DNA of 64,000 nt from an uncultured Candidatus Saccharibacteria bacterium (GTDB lineage: Bacteria; Patescibacteriota; Minisyncoccia; Phycocordibacterales; UBA9973). Below, piece after piece: positions 26,762 through 34,000 of the stretch. Below the pieces are notes generated by a model, which ran no database searches, was not told where the DNA came from, and saw nothing but the letters and a program-made list of their open reading frames with translations. The first letter of the stretch is position 1; every line of letters begins with the position of its first letter. Both the position numbers and the translations under genes were made by a program. The DNA lies in the NCBI GenBank assembly GCA_964596395.1, contig CAZQSY010000001.1, forward strand, positions 27,763 to 91,762. Direction: 5' to 3'.

Positions 26762-27670
26762 TCATAATCCCTTCTCTGCCGCACCCCGTCGTTCGCGAAC
26801 GACGGGGTCTATGAATAAATCAAGGTCGCCGTTTAATACTTCGTCCACTTTGGCCGTCTCGGCGAGGGTTCGGTGGTCTTTGACCATTTTGTACGGGTGT
26901 AGGACGTACGAGCGAATTTGGTTCCCCCATTCAATCTCGGTATTTTTGAGCTTCATGCTCTCTTCAACGCTTTTTTCTTTCTCTTCGGCAAGCTTGAAAA
27001 TCTTGGCACGCAATATCGCCATCGCCCTTTCCCTATTCTGCTCTTGGCTGCGCTCGCCGGTCGCGTGCACCGAAATATTCGTGGGTATGTGCACCAGCCG
27101 CACAGCCGTTTCTCTTTTATTCACATTCTGCCCGCCCGGGCCGCCCGACCGGGAATATTCTATCTTTATGTCGGCCGGGTTTATGACGATATCTTTTTCT
27201 TCCAGCTTTGAAAATTTAGGCAAAACCTCTACCAGCGCGAAAGAAGTGTGGCGCAATTTTTTGGCATTGAAAGGCGAAATCCGCACCAACCGGTGCACGC
27301 CGGATTCTTTTTTCAGCTCTCCATAAACCCCCCTGCCGTCGATTTCAAAAGAGACATTGCGAAAGCCCCCGTGGTCGTTTTTGTTTTCATGAATGAAAGA
27401 AATCTGCCGGTTCTTTCGGTCGGCATGCTTCATATACATCTCCAAAAGCATCCTGGCAAAATCTTCGGCGTCGTCTCCCCCAGCCCCGGCGACAATGGTG
27501 ATAATCGCGCTGCCGCGGTCGTATTTACCCAGGCCCTCTCTTTTGCCTTTCAACTCGGCGATTTTCTTGAGCACCTCCTGCGCGTGATTCTTATCCTTCC
27601 AGAAATCCATTCCAACTGTTTCGGCCTCGAGGTTGGCTATTTCTTTTTCAATTTCTTCTTTGTGTTCCAT
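26762..27670 (-). CDS. prfB: peptide chain release factor 2 (short N-terminus, no programmed frameshift)
   Basis: SPF motif (ISPFNAKK) and GGQ in SGGPGGQNVNK; start abuts tRNA-Thr. Confidence 0.8.
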   Translation of the reverse strand: MEHKEEIEKEIANLEAETVGMDFWKDKNHAQEVLKKIAELKGKREGLGKYDRGSAIITIVAGAGGDDAEDFARMLLEMYMKHADRKNRQISFIHENKNDHGGFRNVSFEIDGRGVYGELKKESGVHRLVRISPFNAKKLRHTSFALVEVLPKFSKLEEKDIVINPADIKIEYSRSGGPGGQNVNKRETAVRLVHIPTNISVHATGERSQEQNRERAMAILRAKIFKLAEEKEKSVEESMKLKNTEIEWGNQIRSYVLHPYKMVKDHRTLAETAKVDEVLNGDLDLFIDPVVRERRGAAEKGL

Positions 27671-27671
27671 G

Positions 27672-27744
27672 AGCCGCCCCCGAGGATCGAACTCGGGACC
27701 CCAGCTTTACGAAAGCTGTGCTCTACCAACTGAGCTAGGGCGGC
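27672..27744 (-). tRNA. tRNA-Thr (anticodon CGU), no encoded CCA
   Basis: hand-folded: GCCGCCC acceptor, anticodon stem CAGCT/AGCTG loop TTCGTAA, T-loop TTCGATC. Confidence 0.75.
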
Positions 27745-27757
27745 TTGTTTTTCCCCT

Positions 27758-27806
27758 CTGTGCTCCCTGCCTGCCGGCAGGCAGGTACCAACTGAGCTAG
27801 GGCGGC
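27758..27806 (-). repeat. truncated copy of tRNA-Thr(CGU) nt 1-29 with 20-nt palindrome CCTGCCTGCCGGCAGGCAGG (27766..27785) inserted in the D-loop
   Basis: rc reads GCCGCCCTAGCTCAGTTGGTA-[palindrome]-GAGCACAG then diverges; identical to 5' of adjacent tRNA. Confidence 0.7.
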
Positions 27807-27810
27807 AGGA

Positions 27811-27886
27811 TGGAGCCGTTGATCGGGATTGAACCGATGACCTCGTCATTACCAATGACGTGCTCTACCAACTGAGCTACAACGGC
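27811..27886 (-). tRNA. tRNA-Thr (anticodon GGU), CCA encoded
   Basis: hand-folded 76-nt cloverleaf; anticodon stem CGTCA/TGACG loop TTGGTAA. Confidence 0.8.
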
Positions 27887-28131
27887 AATTTACTTTTCAA
27901 AAACTCTTTTCCCGTGCCTGACTTAAGATATCTCTCCTTAACCCTGCAATTAATGCGACTTCCACATTCTCCGTGATACAAAACTTTCCACGGCCTAAAT
28001 CCTTTAGTGGAAAAGACTCTGCCTAAATTATGATCCAAAAGTCTTTTGGAAAGATTCTGCGTCATGCCCACGTAAACCCTATTCTGTTTGTTGAACAAGG
28101 CGTAAACTAGCATTTTCAAATTATATACCAT
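27877..28131 (-). CDS. small GIY-YIG nuclease superfamily protein (YhbQ/UPF0213-like)
   Basis: VYALFNKQNRVYVGMTQNL...R...E GIY-YIG-type pattern; start reset to ATG 28131; 3' end overlaps tRNA-Thr(GGU) 5' end by ~10 nt. Confidence 0.55.
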   Translation of the reverse strand: MVYNLKMLVYALFNKQNRVYVGMTQNLSKRLLDHNLGRVFSTKGFRPWKVLYHGECGSRINCRVKERYLKSGTGKEFLKSKLPL

Positions 28132-28132
28132 G

Positions 28133-28182
28133 GACGTGCTCCCTGCCTGCCGGCAGGCAGGTACCAACTGAGCTACAACGGC
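28133..28182 (-). repeat. truncated copy of tRNA-Thr(GGU) nt 1-30 with the same 20-nt palindrome (28142..28161) inserted in the D-loop
   Basis: rc reads GCCGTTGTAGCTCAGTTGGTA-[palindrome]-GAGCACGTC then ATG of GIY-YIG gene. Confidence 0.7.
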
Positions 28183-28279
28183 TTATTGAAAAATCAAAAG
28201 AACAAGGAAATACTACTATAATTCGCTTGTTTTTTCAATGAATTCTTGCGCGACTTAGTGAAAGAGGCTAAAACTGTGA

Positions 28280-28675
28280 TTACTTCAGAATATCATTTTT
28301 CCCATTTGAATAACCCTCAATTATCCCAACTTCTTCATTATTTAAGTATTCTATATCATTAGAAACTACAGCTTTCTCAAATAGAATCTTAGAGTAAAGT
28401 CGTGGAGCATTTTCTCCGCGAGATAATGTTATATGAGGATATTTATTTTTAGATTTTGGATTCTCAACAAGAAGGTCATCGCCAAATTCATCCCATGCCC
28501 GTCCAATTATTTTTATGTTATATTCTTTTCCTATTTCTATTCCATCCAAATTTTCTGGCTCAAATTCTATTGTAGAATGATGCCCAAAGATATTTTTATG
28601 TTTTGGAGGAAATCTTTTTAATAAGTCTTGGATATCTTTAACAAACAAAGCCATAAATCTCACATTTTGATTCAT
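28280..28675 (-). CDS. putative 2H phosphoesterase superfamily protein (LigT/CPDase-like)
   Basis: two H-x-T/S-x motifs (HSTI, HITL) at appropriate spacing; weak. Confidence 0.3.
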   Translation of the reverse strand: MNQNVRFMALFVKDIQDLLKRFPPKHKNIFGHHSTIEFEPENLDGIEIGKEYNIKIIGRAWDEFGDDLLVENPKSKNKYPHITLSRGENAPRLYSKILFEKAVVSNDIEYLNNEEVGIIEGYSNGKNDILK

Positions 28676-29088
28676 AAAATGATTATATCAGTTCTTCCAT
28701 CCAATCAGTAGCAACAAAAAGAACCATATTTCGATGACTCTTTTTCTTGCGGAGTTATTAAACGAAGCTCAAACCTATTTTATTAAAAATTCGGCAGAAG
28801 TGTCAAATCCAAATTCGGCGAAAACTTTTTCATATCATTTATTTTATAAAAAATTGTAATGATTTATATATCTCTACGGCTCTACTTGAGTTAAGCGTTT
28901 TTACTGGTCGAAATCTTATTAAATAAGCGATTGGAACAAAAATATATGAACAAAAATATAGAGGAGAAAACAGAAGATACCACACCAAGTACGCCGAGTG
29001 CGCCTCCGGCTCCGAAACCACCCATGAAATAGTTAAGGTGGGGAAATTGAAGTTTATTAACTAATTATTAACTAATGTATTAAAAAGT

Positions 29089-31080
29089 ATGAAAAAAATA
29101 ATTAAAAAAATAGCGCTCTTGGCAGTACTGATGCTACCTCTAGGGATAGCTCTACCTGCACTGGCAGTAGTGGGTGCCACTTGGAACACGACGGGTAGTT
29201 ATGTAGTAAATATGAACTATCTCGGTACCGATTATGCTCACGACATGAATTTAGTTCAGGATGGCCTGGGAAACTTGACCGGTAACGGCGGTTCACCTTC
29301 GCTATCAAATGTTTACACATGGACAATCACATCTGGAACTGTTTCAGGAAATTCAGTTGATTTTCTTGCTAACTACACAGCGACTCCGGACGCAGTGACT
29401 CCCCAAACAGTGCTTCATGTGCTAGCTACGATAGCTTTAGATGGAACAATGTCTGGAACATGGTCTGACAACTATCAAGGAGGTGAGAGAACTGGCACAC
29501 TTACTACGGTAAGCGGTGCAGCGGTCCCGCTTGGCTCTCTGTCGGCTGAGGACTTTGGTGTCGTAAATTATGACACAGGTCTCGGCATGCTCAAGGGTTA
29601 CAGCGCGGGATTTGGACTCACAGATGCCACGTTTGCTGGCGCAACTTCTGTAGTTGTAAAGTTATATTCTGCCGAAAATGCTTTACTGCAAACCAACACA
29701 GCAATCTTTCCGAAGTTCAATACAGACATAACCGGGACACAATTCTCTTCCCCATTTGACGTCTCTGGAAATTTCGACTACGCCACAGATGGATATTGGG
29801 CGAATGTTAGAGAAACACAATTCGGACAAAGCACTCCCGCTACTCGTGTAGTGGCGACTGTCACACTGGCAAACGGTAAAATAGTAACTGCTGAAAACAC
29901 CAATATGGTGGGTGATGCTACTACTATCTACCCTGTAATAATTACCCCGACAGATTCCACAGTCCACATCTTCAAATTAATCGACGGTGTACAGGCGACG
30001 ACAGCCAACGCAAATAGCGTTAGCTTCCCGATGTTTACTTCTACTTACAATGCGCCGTTTACTCTCGGCCCAGGCGGCTGGACGACCGGTGACATTGATT
30101 ACGAGGCCTCAACTTCTCCAATGGCTTTGGGGTCGTCTTATAGCGCCAATGAAGTTCTCACCACCCCTCTCGTCGGTACCACTTGTGATGCAGACCATAC
30201 ATATTCTCTGATTGGGTACGGAGTCGGTAACACACTCCCAGAAGCTGTCGCGGCTACCCCGAGTATCACTACCCCAAGCTTTACCAACCTGCAAGGAGAC
30301 AAATACATAGTTGTGAGAAACCATAAATGCGAGACGACAACTCCTCCGACAACAGAAACAGGACACATAATCATCGCAAAATCAACACTTCCGAACAACA
30401 CCCAGGACTTCTTATTTACCAACAATTTTGAGAATGGTAACCCTGCGACTTTCAGTTTGGATGATGACGGCGATGCCACATTGTCAAACATGCGCGATTC
30501 TGTAGTACTTGCCGGCACATACTCCGTTTCTGAAACTGAAGTAACCGGATGGTCTTCGGTCTCGGCAACTTGTTCTGACGGTAGCCCGGTAAGTGCTATT
30601 GTTGTCTCTGCCGGCGAAACGGTTGTTTGTATGTTCATTAACGCTAAAACAGCACCGGCATCTCCGAGCATTAGCGGCATGAAATACAATGACCTTAATC
30701 GAAACGGCAAGAAAGATACCAATGAACCGGGTCTTTCTGGGTGGGTTATTAAACTAAAAGGTAATAACACTGTTGTTTCCACAACAACTGATGCGAACGG
30801 TAACTACGACTTTGTCAACATTACTCCTGGAACATACAAAGTGCGCGAAGTTCACAAAAATGGATGGAAACGTATGAGCAAGAACCCAAAAAATATTGTT
30901 ATTTCTGCCGATTCTGTTGTCACCGGTGTCAACTTTGGAAATGCGAAGAAACAAAAGTATGAAAAAGAAGACAGCGAACAAGACGACAATCGTAACGAAC
31001 AAAGCGGAAATTATTTTGGAAATCATGGAAGGAGCAACTATGAAAGAGACCAAAATAGAAAGGACCACAGCAATAGATAA
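29089..31080 (+). CDS. secreted cell-surface protein with C-terminal SdrD-B/Cna-B-like domain and charged tail
   Basis: signal peptide; C-terminal GMKYNDLNRNGKKDTNEPGLSGWVIKL...TTTDANGNYDF...GTYKV pattern. Confidence 0.5.
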   Translation: MKKIIKKIALLAVLMLPLGIALPALAVVGATWNTTGSYVVNMNYLGTDYAHDMNLVQDGLGNLTGNGGSPSLSNVYTWTITSGTVSGNSVDFLANYTATPDAVTPQTVLHVLATIALDGTMSGTWSDNYQGGERTGTLTTVSGAAVPLGSLSAEDFGVVNYDTGLGMLKGYSAGFGLTDATFAGATSVVVKLYSAENALLQTNTAIFPKFNTDITGTQFSSPFDVSGNFDYATDGYWANVRETQFGQSTPATRVVATVTLANGKIVTAENTNMVGDATTIYPVIITPTDSTVHIFKLIDGVQATTANANSVSFPMFTSTYNAPFTLGPGGWTTGDIDYEASTSPMALGSSYSANEVLTTPLVGTTCDADHTYSLIGYGVGNTLPEAVAATPSITTPSFTNLQGDKYIVVRNHKCETTTPPTTETGHIIIAKSTLPNNTQDFLFTNNFENGNPATFSLDDDGDATLSNMRDSVVLAGTYSVSETEVTGWSSVSATCSDGSPVSAIVVSAGETVVCMFINAKTAPASPSISGMKYNDLNRNGKKDTNEPGLSGWVIKLKGNNTVVSTTTDANGNYDFVNITPGTYKVREVHKNGWKRMSKNPKNIVISADSVVTGVNFGNAKKQKYEKEDSEQDDNRNEQSGNYFGNHGRSNYERDQNRKDHSNR

Positions 31081-31094
31081 AAGGTAATAAAATA

Positions 31095-31128
31095 CATCTC
31101 AAAGTATTTTACAAAATCACCCTGCCTC
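31095..31128 (+). terminator. rho-independent terminator (ATCACCC...GGGTGAT + T8)
   Basis: seen directly after stop of 29089..31080. Confidence 0.6.
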
Positions 31129-31173
31129 TAGTGGGGTGATTTTTTTTAAAAGAGAGCAGAAACCCGCGAACGG

Positions 31174-31764
31174 TTGTCATGCTTTCCGAACCCCGACGGC
31201 TCCATATATATGAAGAGACCTGTGACAACAATCATGCACGTATCGCTTATGCTCATATCTGTCGCGCTATTTCCCCTTACTTCGTCTGCGATTATTGTGG
31301 ATTATCCCGAGAGTGAATACGGCAGCATATACAAATATAATGCCTTGGAAAATAAAAATCTTTTTGTTTATGCAAAAAACGAAACAACCGCCTCTATAGA
31401 AAAAACACTTCCGCCTGCACAAGAGACAAACCTCGACATAGAAAAATTGAAAGACATCACTAAAAAACAAGCTGACTCTATAAAACAATCCGAGGATTCT
31501 ATGAGAATTGTGGGGAATAAAAGCGGCATGAAAAGATTCTTGGTTGGCGACAATTTAGGCACACTTAAATTCCAAATGGTTCAAATGAAAGACCAAAGAT
31601 ATAATTTAAACATCCTGTTGTCAAAAACAGATTCTGCTGATATTAAAACTCAAATAAATAGTCAAATAGAAACCCTGATTAGAGAAGAAAAAAAGGTCGA
31701 AAATTTTATCCTTCAGACTGAGAGCAAATTCAGTTTATTCGGTTGGTTAATAGCTTCAATTTAA
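31174..31764 (+). CDS. hypothetical secreted protein
   Basis: signal peptide-like N-terminus; no family recognised. Confidence 0.3.
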   Translation: MSCFPNPDGSIYMKRPVTTIMHVSLMLISVALFPLTSSAIIVDYPESEYGSIYKYNALENKNLFVYAKNETTASIEKTLPPAQETNLDIEKLKDITKKQADSIKQSEDSMRIVGNKSGMKRFLVGDNLGTLKFQMVQMKDQRYNLNILLSKTDSADIKTQINSQIETLIREEKKVENFILQTESKFSLFGWLIASI

Positions 31765-31768
31765 ATTT

Positions 31769-31918
31769 ATGATTACAACTATAGCAGTGGTGTTAGTAAT
31801 TCTTTGGCTTCTCGGTATGGTATCTTCCTATACAATGGGAGGGTTCATACACATACTCCTGGTAATCGCGATAATCTTCGCCCTCACCAGAGTAATCCGA
31901 GGCAGAAAAATATTATAG
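31769..31918 (+). CDS. unannotated 49-aa lmo0937-family small membrane protein (MITTIAVVLVILWLLGMVSSYTMGGFIHILLVIAIIFALTRVIRGRKIL)
   Basis: manual translation; matches the conserved ILWLLG...GG.IHILLVIA pattern of this widespread ~45-aa family. Confidence 0.55.
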   Translation: MITTIAVVLVILWLLGMVSSYTMGGFIHILLVIAIIFALTRVIRGRKIL

Positions 31919-31979
31919 AATCGTATTAGACCCACTACACCCGTAAAATTTTGGGCTTTTTTCAGTTTTAAAAATCTTG

Positions 31980-32266
31980 CGCGGCTGAAGGGTGCTGACC
32001 CCTCGACCTCTCCCGTGCACTTATCCTATATTTTCATAAAGGCGTGGACTATATCTTCGCCGTGTCCCGTAAAAACGGAATTTAGGCGCTTTGGTATCTA
32101 GTCTCTACGGAGCCCCCGCTAAGGCGGGGTTCCCACGGTGTTCGCGTGCTCCGACACGAGGTCGGAGTTTAGCCTTCACCGTTATCCCAAAGAGTTTCAA
32201 TCCGCCCTTTCGGCGGAAAGCTGCAGTAATCTACAGGGGAGTGCTCTACCGTTGAGCTACAGCCGC
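31980..32266 (-). tRNA. tRNA-Asp (anticodon GUC; loop CUGUCAC) interrupted in the anticodon loop by a ~215-nt group I intron; mature 73 nt, no encoded CCA, non-canonical T-loop (GTCAGCA)
   Basis: perfect 7-bp acceptor GCGGCTG/CAGCCGC, D-arm GCTC-AACGGTA-GAGC, anticodon stem CTCCC/GGGAG split ~215 nt apart; G73 discriminator; alternative exon boundary would give UGC but G3-C70 argues against Ala. Confidence 0.6.
32018..32232 (-). ncRNA. group I self-splicing intron (boundaries +/-3 nt)
   Basis: conserved S element AAGAUAUAGUCC and R-like GUAGAGACUAGAUAC giving P7 GACUA/UAGUC; 5' exon ends in U, intron ends in G. Confidence 0.65.
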
Positions 32267-32878
32267 GTGTATGTATTTTTCAAACACATTTTTCTTCCTT
32301 TTCAGAAACAATCTTGATGTGCCGAGCTTATTATACATAAAATAATACAATTTCAAAGCGTCTGAGGTGCTGTACTGCAATCTGGAAAAATCTTTCTTTT
32401 TTGACCTATAAACACAGCCACCTCGCAAACCAAGCGCGCGAAGCTTTATGTATAAGCTGCGCATGAAGTCGTGCGACCCCGAAGTGAAGGCCAGCTGTAA
32501 AACCTTGTGTTTAGTTTTCCTGTTCTTGTGGACTTCCCCGGACCAAATATTCCCATCACCATCAAAGTAACCCCTCACAAAATGAGGCGTGTATTTCAAA
32601 GGTATGCGCGGAATTTTCAGGTATTTAGTTTTTCTCTCCCCGAAACCAATTTCTCGCAAATCGTCACACATTTCCTTGCTGCCAATCTGGATCCTGTATT
32701 TGGTACTCTCCCCGATTTTGGAAGACAAACGTACGCTGATTTTATGTTCAGACCTCAAAGCCTTCTTAATACTTTCTAAGAGTTTTTTGTCGCTAATCTG
32801 TATGCACCAAAATTGCCCGCCGCGTTTATTCACAGTTATGTATCCATCGGCGGCAAAAAAACCTAAAACGTACGCCAT
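32246..32878 (-). CDS. LAGLIDADG homing endonuclease (two-motif, single-chain)
   Basis: LGFFAADGYI and RGYFDGDGNI motifs; start reset to ATG 32878 (listed N-terminus is antisense translation of tRNA-Met); stop overlaps 5' exon of intron-containing tRNA. Confidence 0.7.
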   Translation of the reverse strand: MAYVLGFFAADGYITVNKRGGQFWCIQISDKKLLESIKKALRSEHKISVRLSSKIGESTKYRIQIGSKEMCDDLREIGFGERKTKYLKIPRIPLKYTPHFVRGYFDGDGNIWSGEVHKNRKTKHKVLQLAFTSGSHDFMRSLYIKLRALGLRGGCVYRSKKKDFSRLQYSTSDALKLYYFMYNKLGTSRLFLKRKKNVFEKYIHAAVAQR

Positions 32879-32991
32879 CTTCGGAGTCCATCTCTTAAAG
32901 AAATTCTTGTTGATTTTTATATGCACCGGCACAAATATATTATATCTAGTGACAGGATAATATACTAACCGTGCTGGGGAAAAAATTGCTG

Positions 32992-33067
32992 TGGTGTCGG
33001 GGGTGGGAATCGAACCCACGACCCTGGGCTTATGAGTCCCATGCTCTACCGACTGAGCTACCCCGAC
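32992..33067 (-). tRNA. tRNA-Met/Ile2 (anticodon CAU), CCA encoded
   Basis: hand-folded: GTCGGGG acceptor, D GCTC/GAGC, loop CTCATAA, T-loop TTCGATT. Confidence 0.7.
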
Positions 33068-33186
33068 ATAAGGTGGAGAATAGCATATTTCCAATCTTTT
33101 TCAAATTTGCAATTTTCTTTAATTAAGTTAGTATGTTAGGTACGAGCAGGCACGCTGCGCCAGATGGTTTGCCGTCTTAAAATTAT

Positions 33187-33257
33187 AGCGGGGTAGAGAA
33201 GAGGCATCTCGTAAGGCTCATAACCTTAAGACTCTGGTTCGATTCCAGACCCCGCAA
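33187..33257 (+). tRNA. second tRNA with CAU anticodon (Met/initiator/Ile2 undetermined), A1-A72 mismatch, no CCA
   Basis: hand-folded: (A)GCGGGG/CCCCGC(A), D GAGA/TCTC, anticodon stem TAAGG/CCTTA loop CTCATAA, T-loop TTCGATT. Confidence 0.55.
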
Positions 33258-33352
33258 CAAGCAAATTGATTTGCTTTTGCGCCGATTTTGCGGGTTAGCA
33301 AAAATGGCCGTTGCTAAGCAAAGCGAGGCAGGCCATAGGGGCGACAAGCAAA

Positions 33353-34000
33353 TTAAATATATCCAAACTCGGCGAAAATGTTTTCGTACAAGCTGATTAC
33401 CCTTCTCGTTTCATGCTGAGAAAGGCTGAAGTCCGAGCCCTCATGCGCTATTTTGTTGCGTACGTTGTGCGCGTCCCAGGCCAGGTCTAAGGTGCGAAAA
33501 CTCTCCCGGTCAGCCATTTTCAGTTTGTCCCCGACCGTGTCGCCTTTGAAGCCGCGCTCGTTTAGAAGGTCGTAAAGCATTAAATCTGCTTCAATCACGG
33601 CGAGCCGCCAGTCGTTCTCGCTCACCGAAAAAGCGTAATCCAAGACCTTCTTCCAGCGCGGATTTTTGAACACTCCCTCCTCCCGCGCTTTTTTCTCACG
33701 CAAGGCCTGGTTGTGTTTGTATTCCTCGAGTTCGTGGTGCAGATGCGCGTGCTCCTTTTTCCTAATTTCAAACATCCTGACCGTGGTGTAAATGATAACC
33801 GCGATGAAGAAGAGGGATAAGACAGTCATAACCGTATATATGCCGTGCAATGTTTCCCTGGTAAAGATAGCGCCGGCAATATCCGACAGAATGCCGTAAA
33901 GATATCCCGGGTTGAAAAATTTTGAATCCAAAAAAGAACCTTCAAGGTAGGGGCTCGTCTTTGAGAGGGTTTCAGCGGCATAAACGTACATAGCGCTCAC
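33353..34000 (-). CDS. membrane-anchored hypothetical protein with C-terminal HEPN-like domain (R-x4-H: VRNKIAHEG)
   Basis: one TM helix then soluble domain; HEPN assignment from motif only. Confidence 0.3.
   Translation of the reverse strand: MSAMYVYAAETLSKTSPYLEGSFLDSKFFNPGYLYGILSDIAGAIFTRETLHGIYTVMTVLSLFFIAVIIYTTVRMFEIRKKEHAHLHHELEEYKHNQALREKKAREEGVFKNPRWKKVLDYAFSVSENDWRLAVIEADLMLYDLLNERGFKGDTVGDKLKMADRESFRTLDLAWDAHNVRNKIAHEGSDFSLSQHETRRVISLYENIFAEFGYI

Noticed and set aside
26762-27760. Programmed +1 frameshift upstream of prfB
   Set aside because: The ORF begins 1-2 nt from the tRNA-Thr gene; there is no upstream short reading frame or CUU UGA slippery site.
22549-28161. CRISPR array hypothesis for the repeated 20-mer CCTGCCTGCCGGCAGGCAGG
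   Set aside because: Only three copies, separated by 5 kb and 0.35 kb with no regular spacer periodicity; the repeat is a perfect palindrome and two copies are embedded in tRNA fragments; no cas genes in the window.
31980-32266. Alternative reading of the interrupted tRNA as tRNA-Ala(UGC) (exon boundary after U33)
   Set aside because: Both exon boundaries satisfy group I rules, but pair 3-70 is G-C rather than the Ala identity element G3-U70 and the discriminator is G; the Asp-type loop CUGUCAC fits better. This is kept as an uncertainty, not a separate feature.
32879-33094. N-terminal 72 aa of listed ORF 32246..33094
   Set aside because: These residues (..VGVAQSVEHGTHKPRVVGSIPTPD..) are the antisense translation of the tRNA-Met(CAU) gene; the real LAGLIDADG CDS starts at the internal ATG at 32878.
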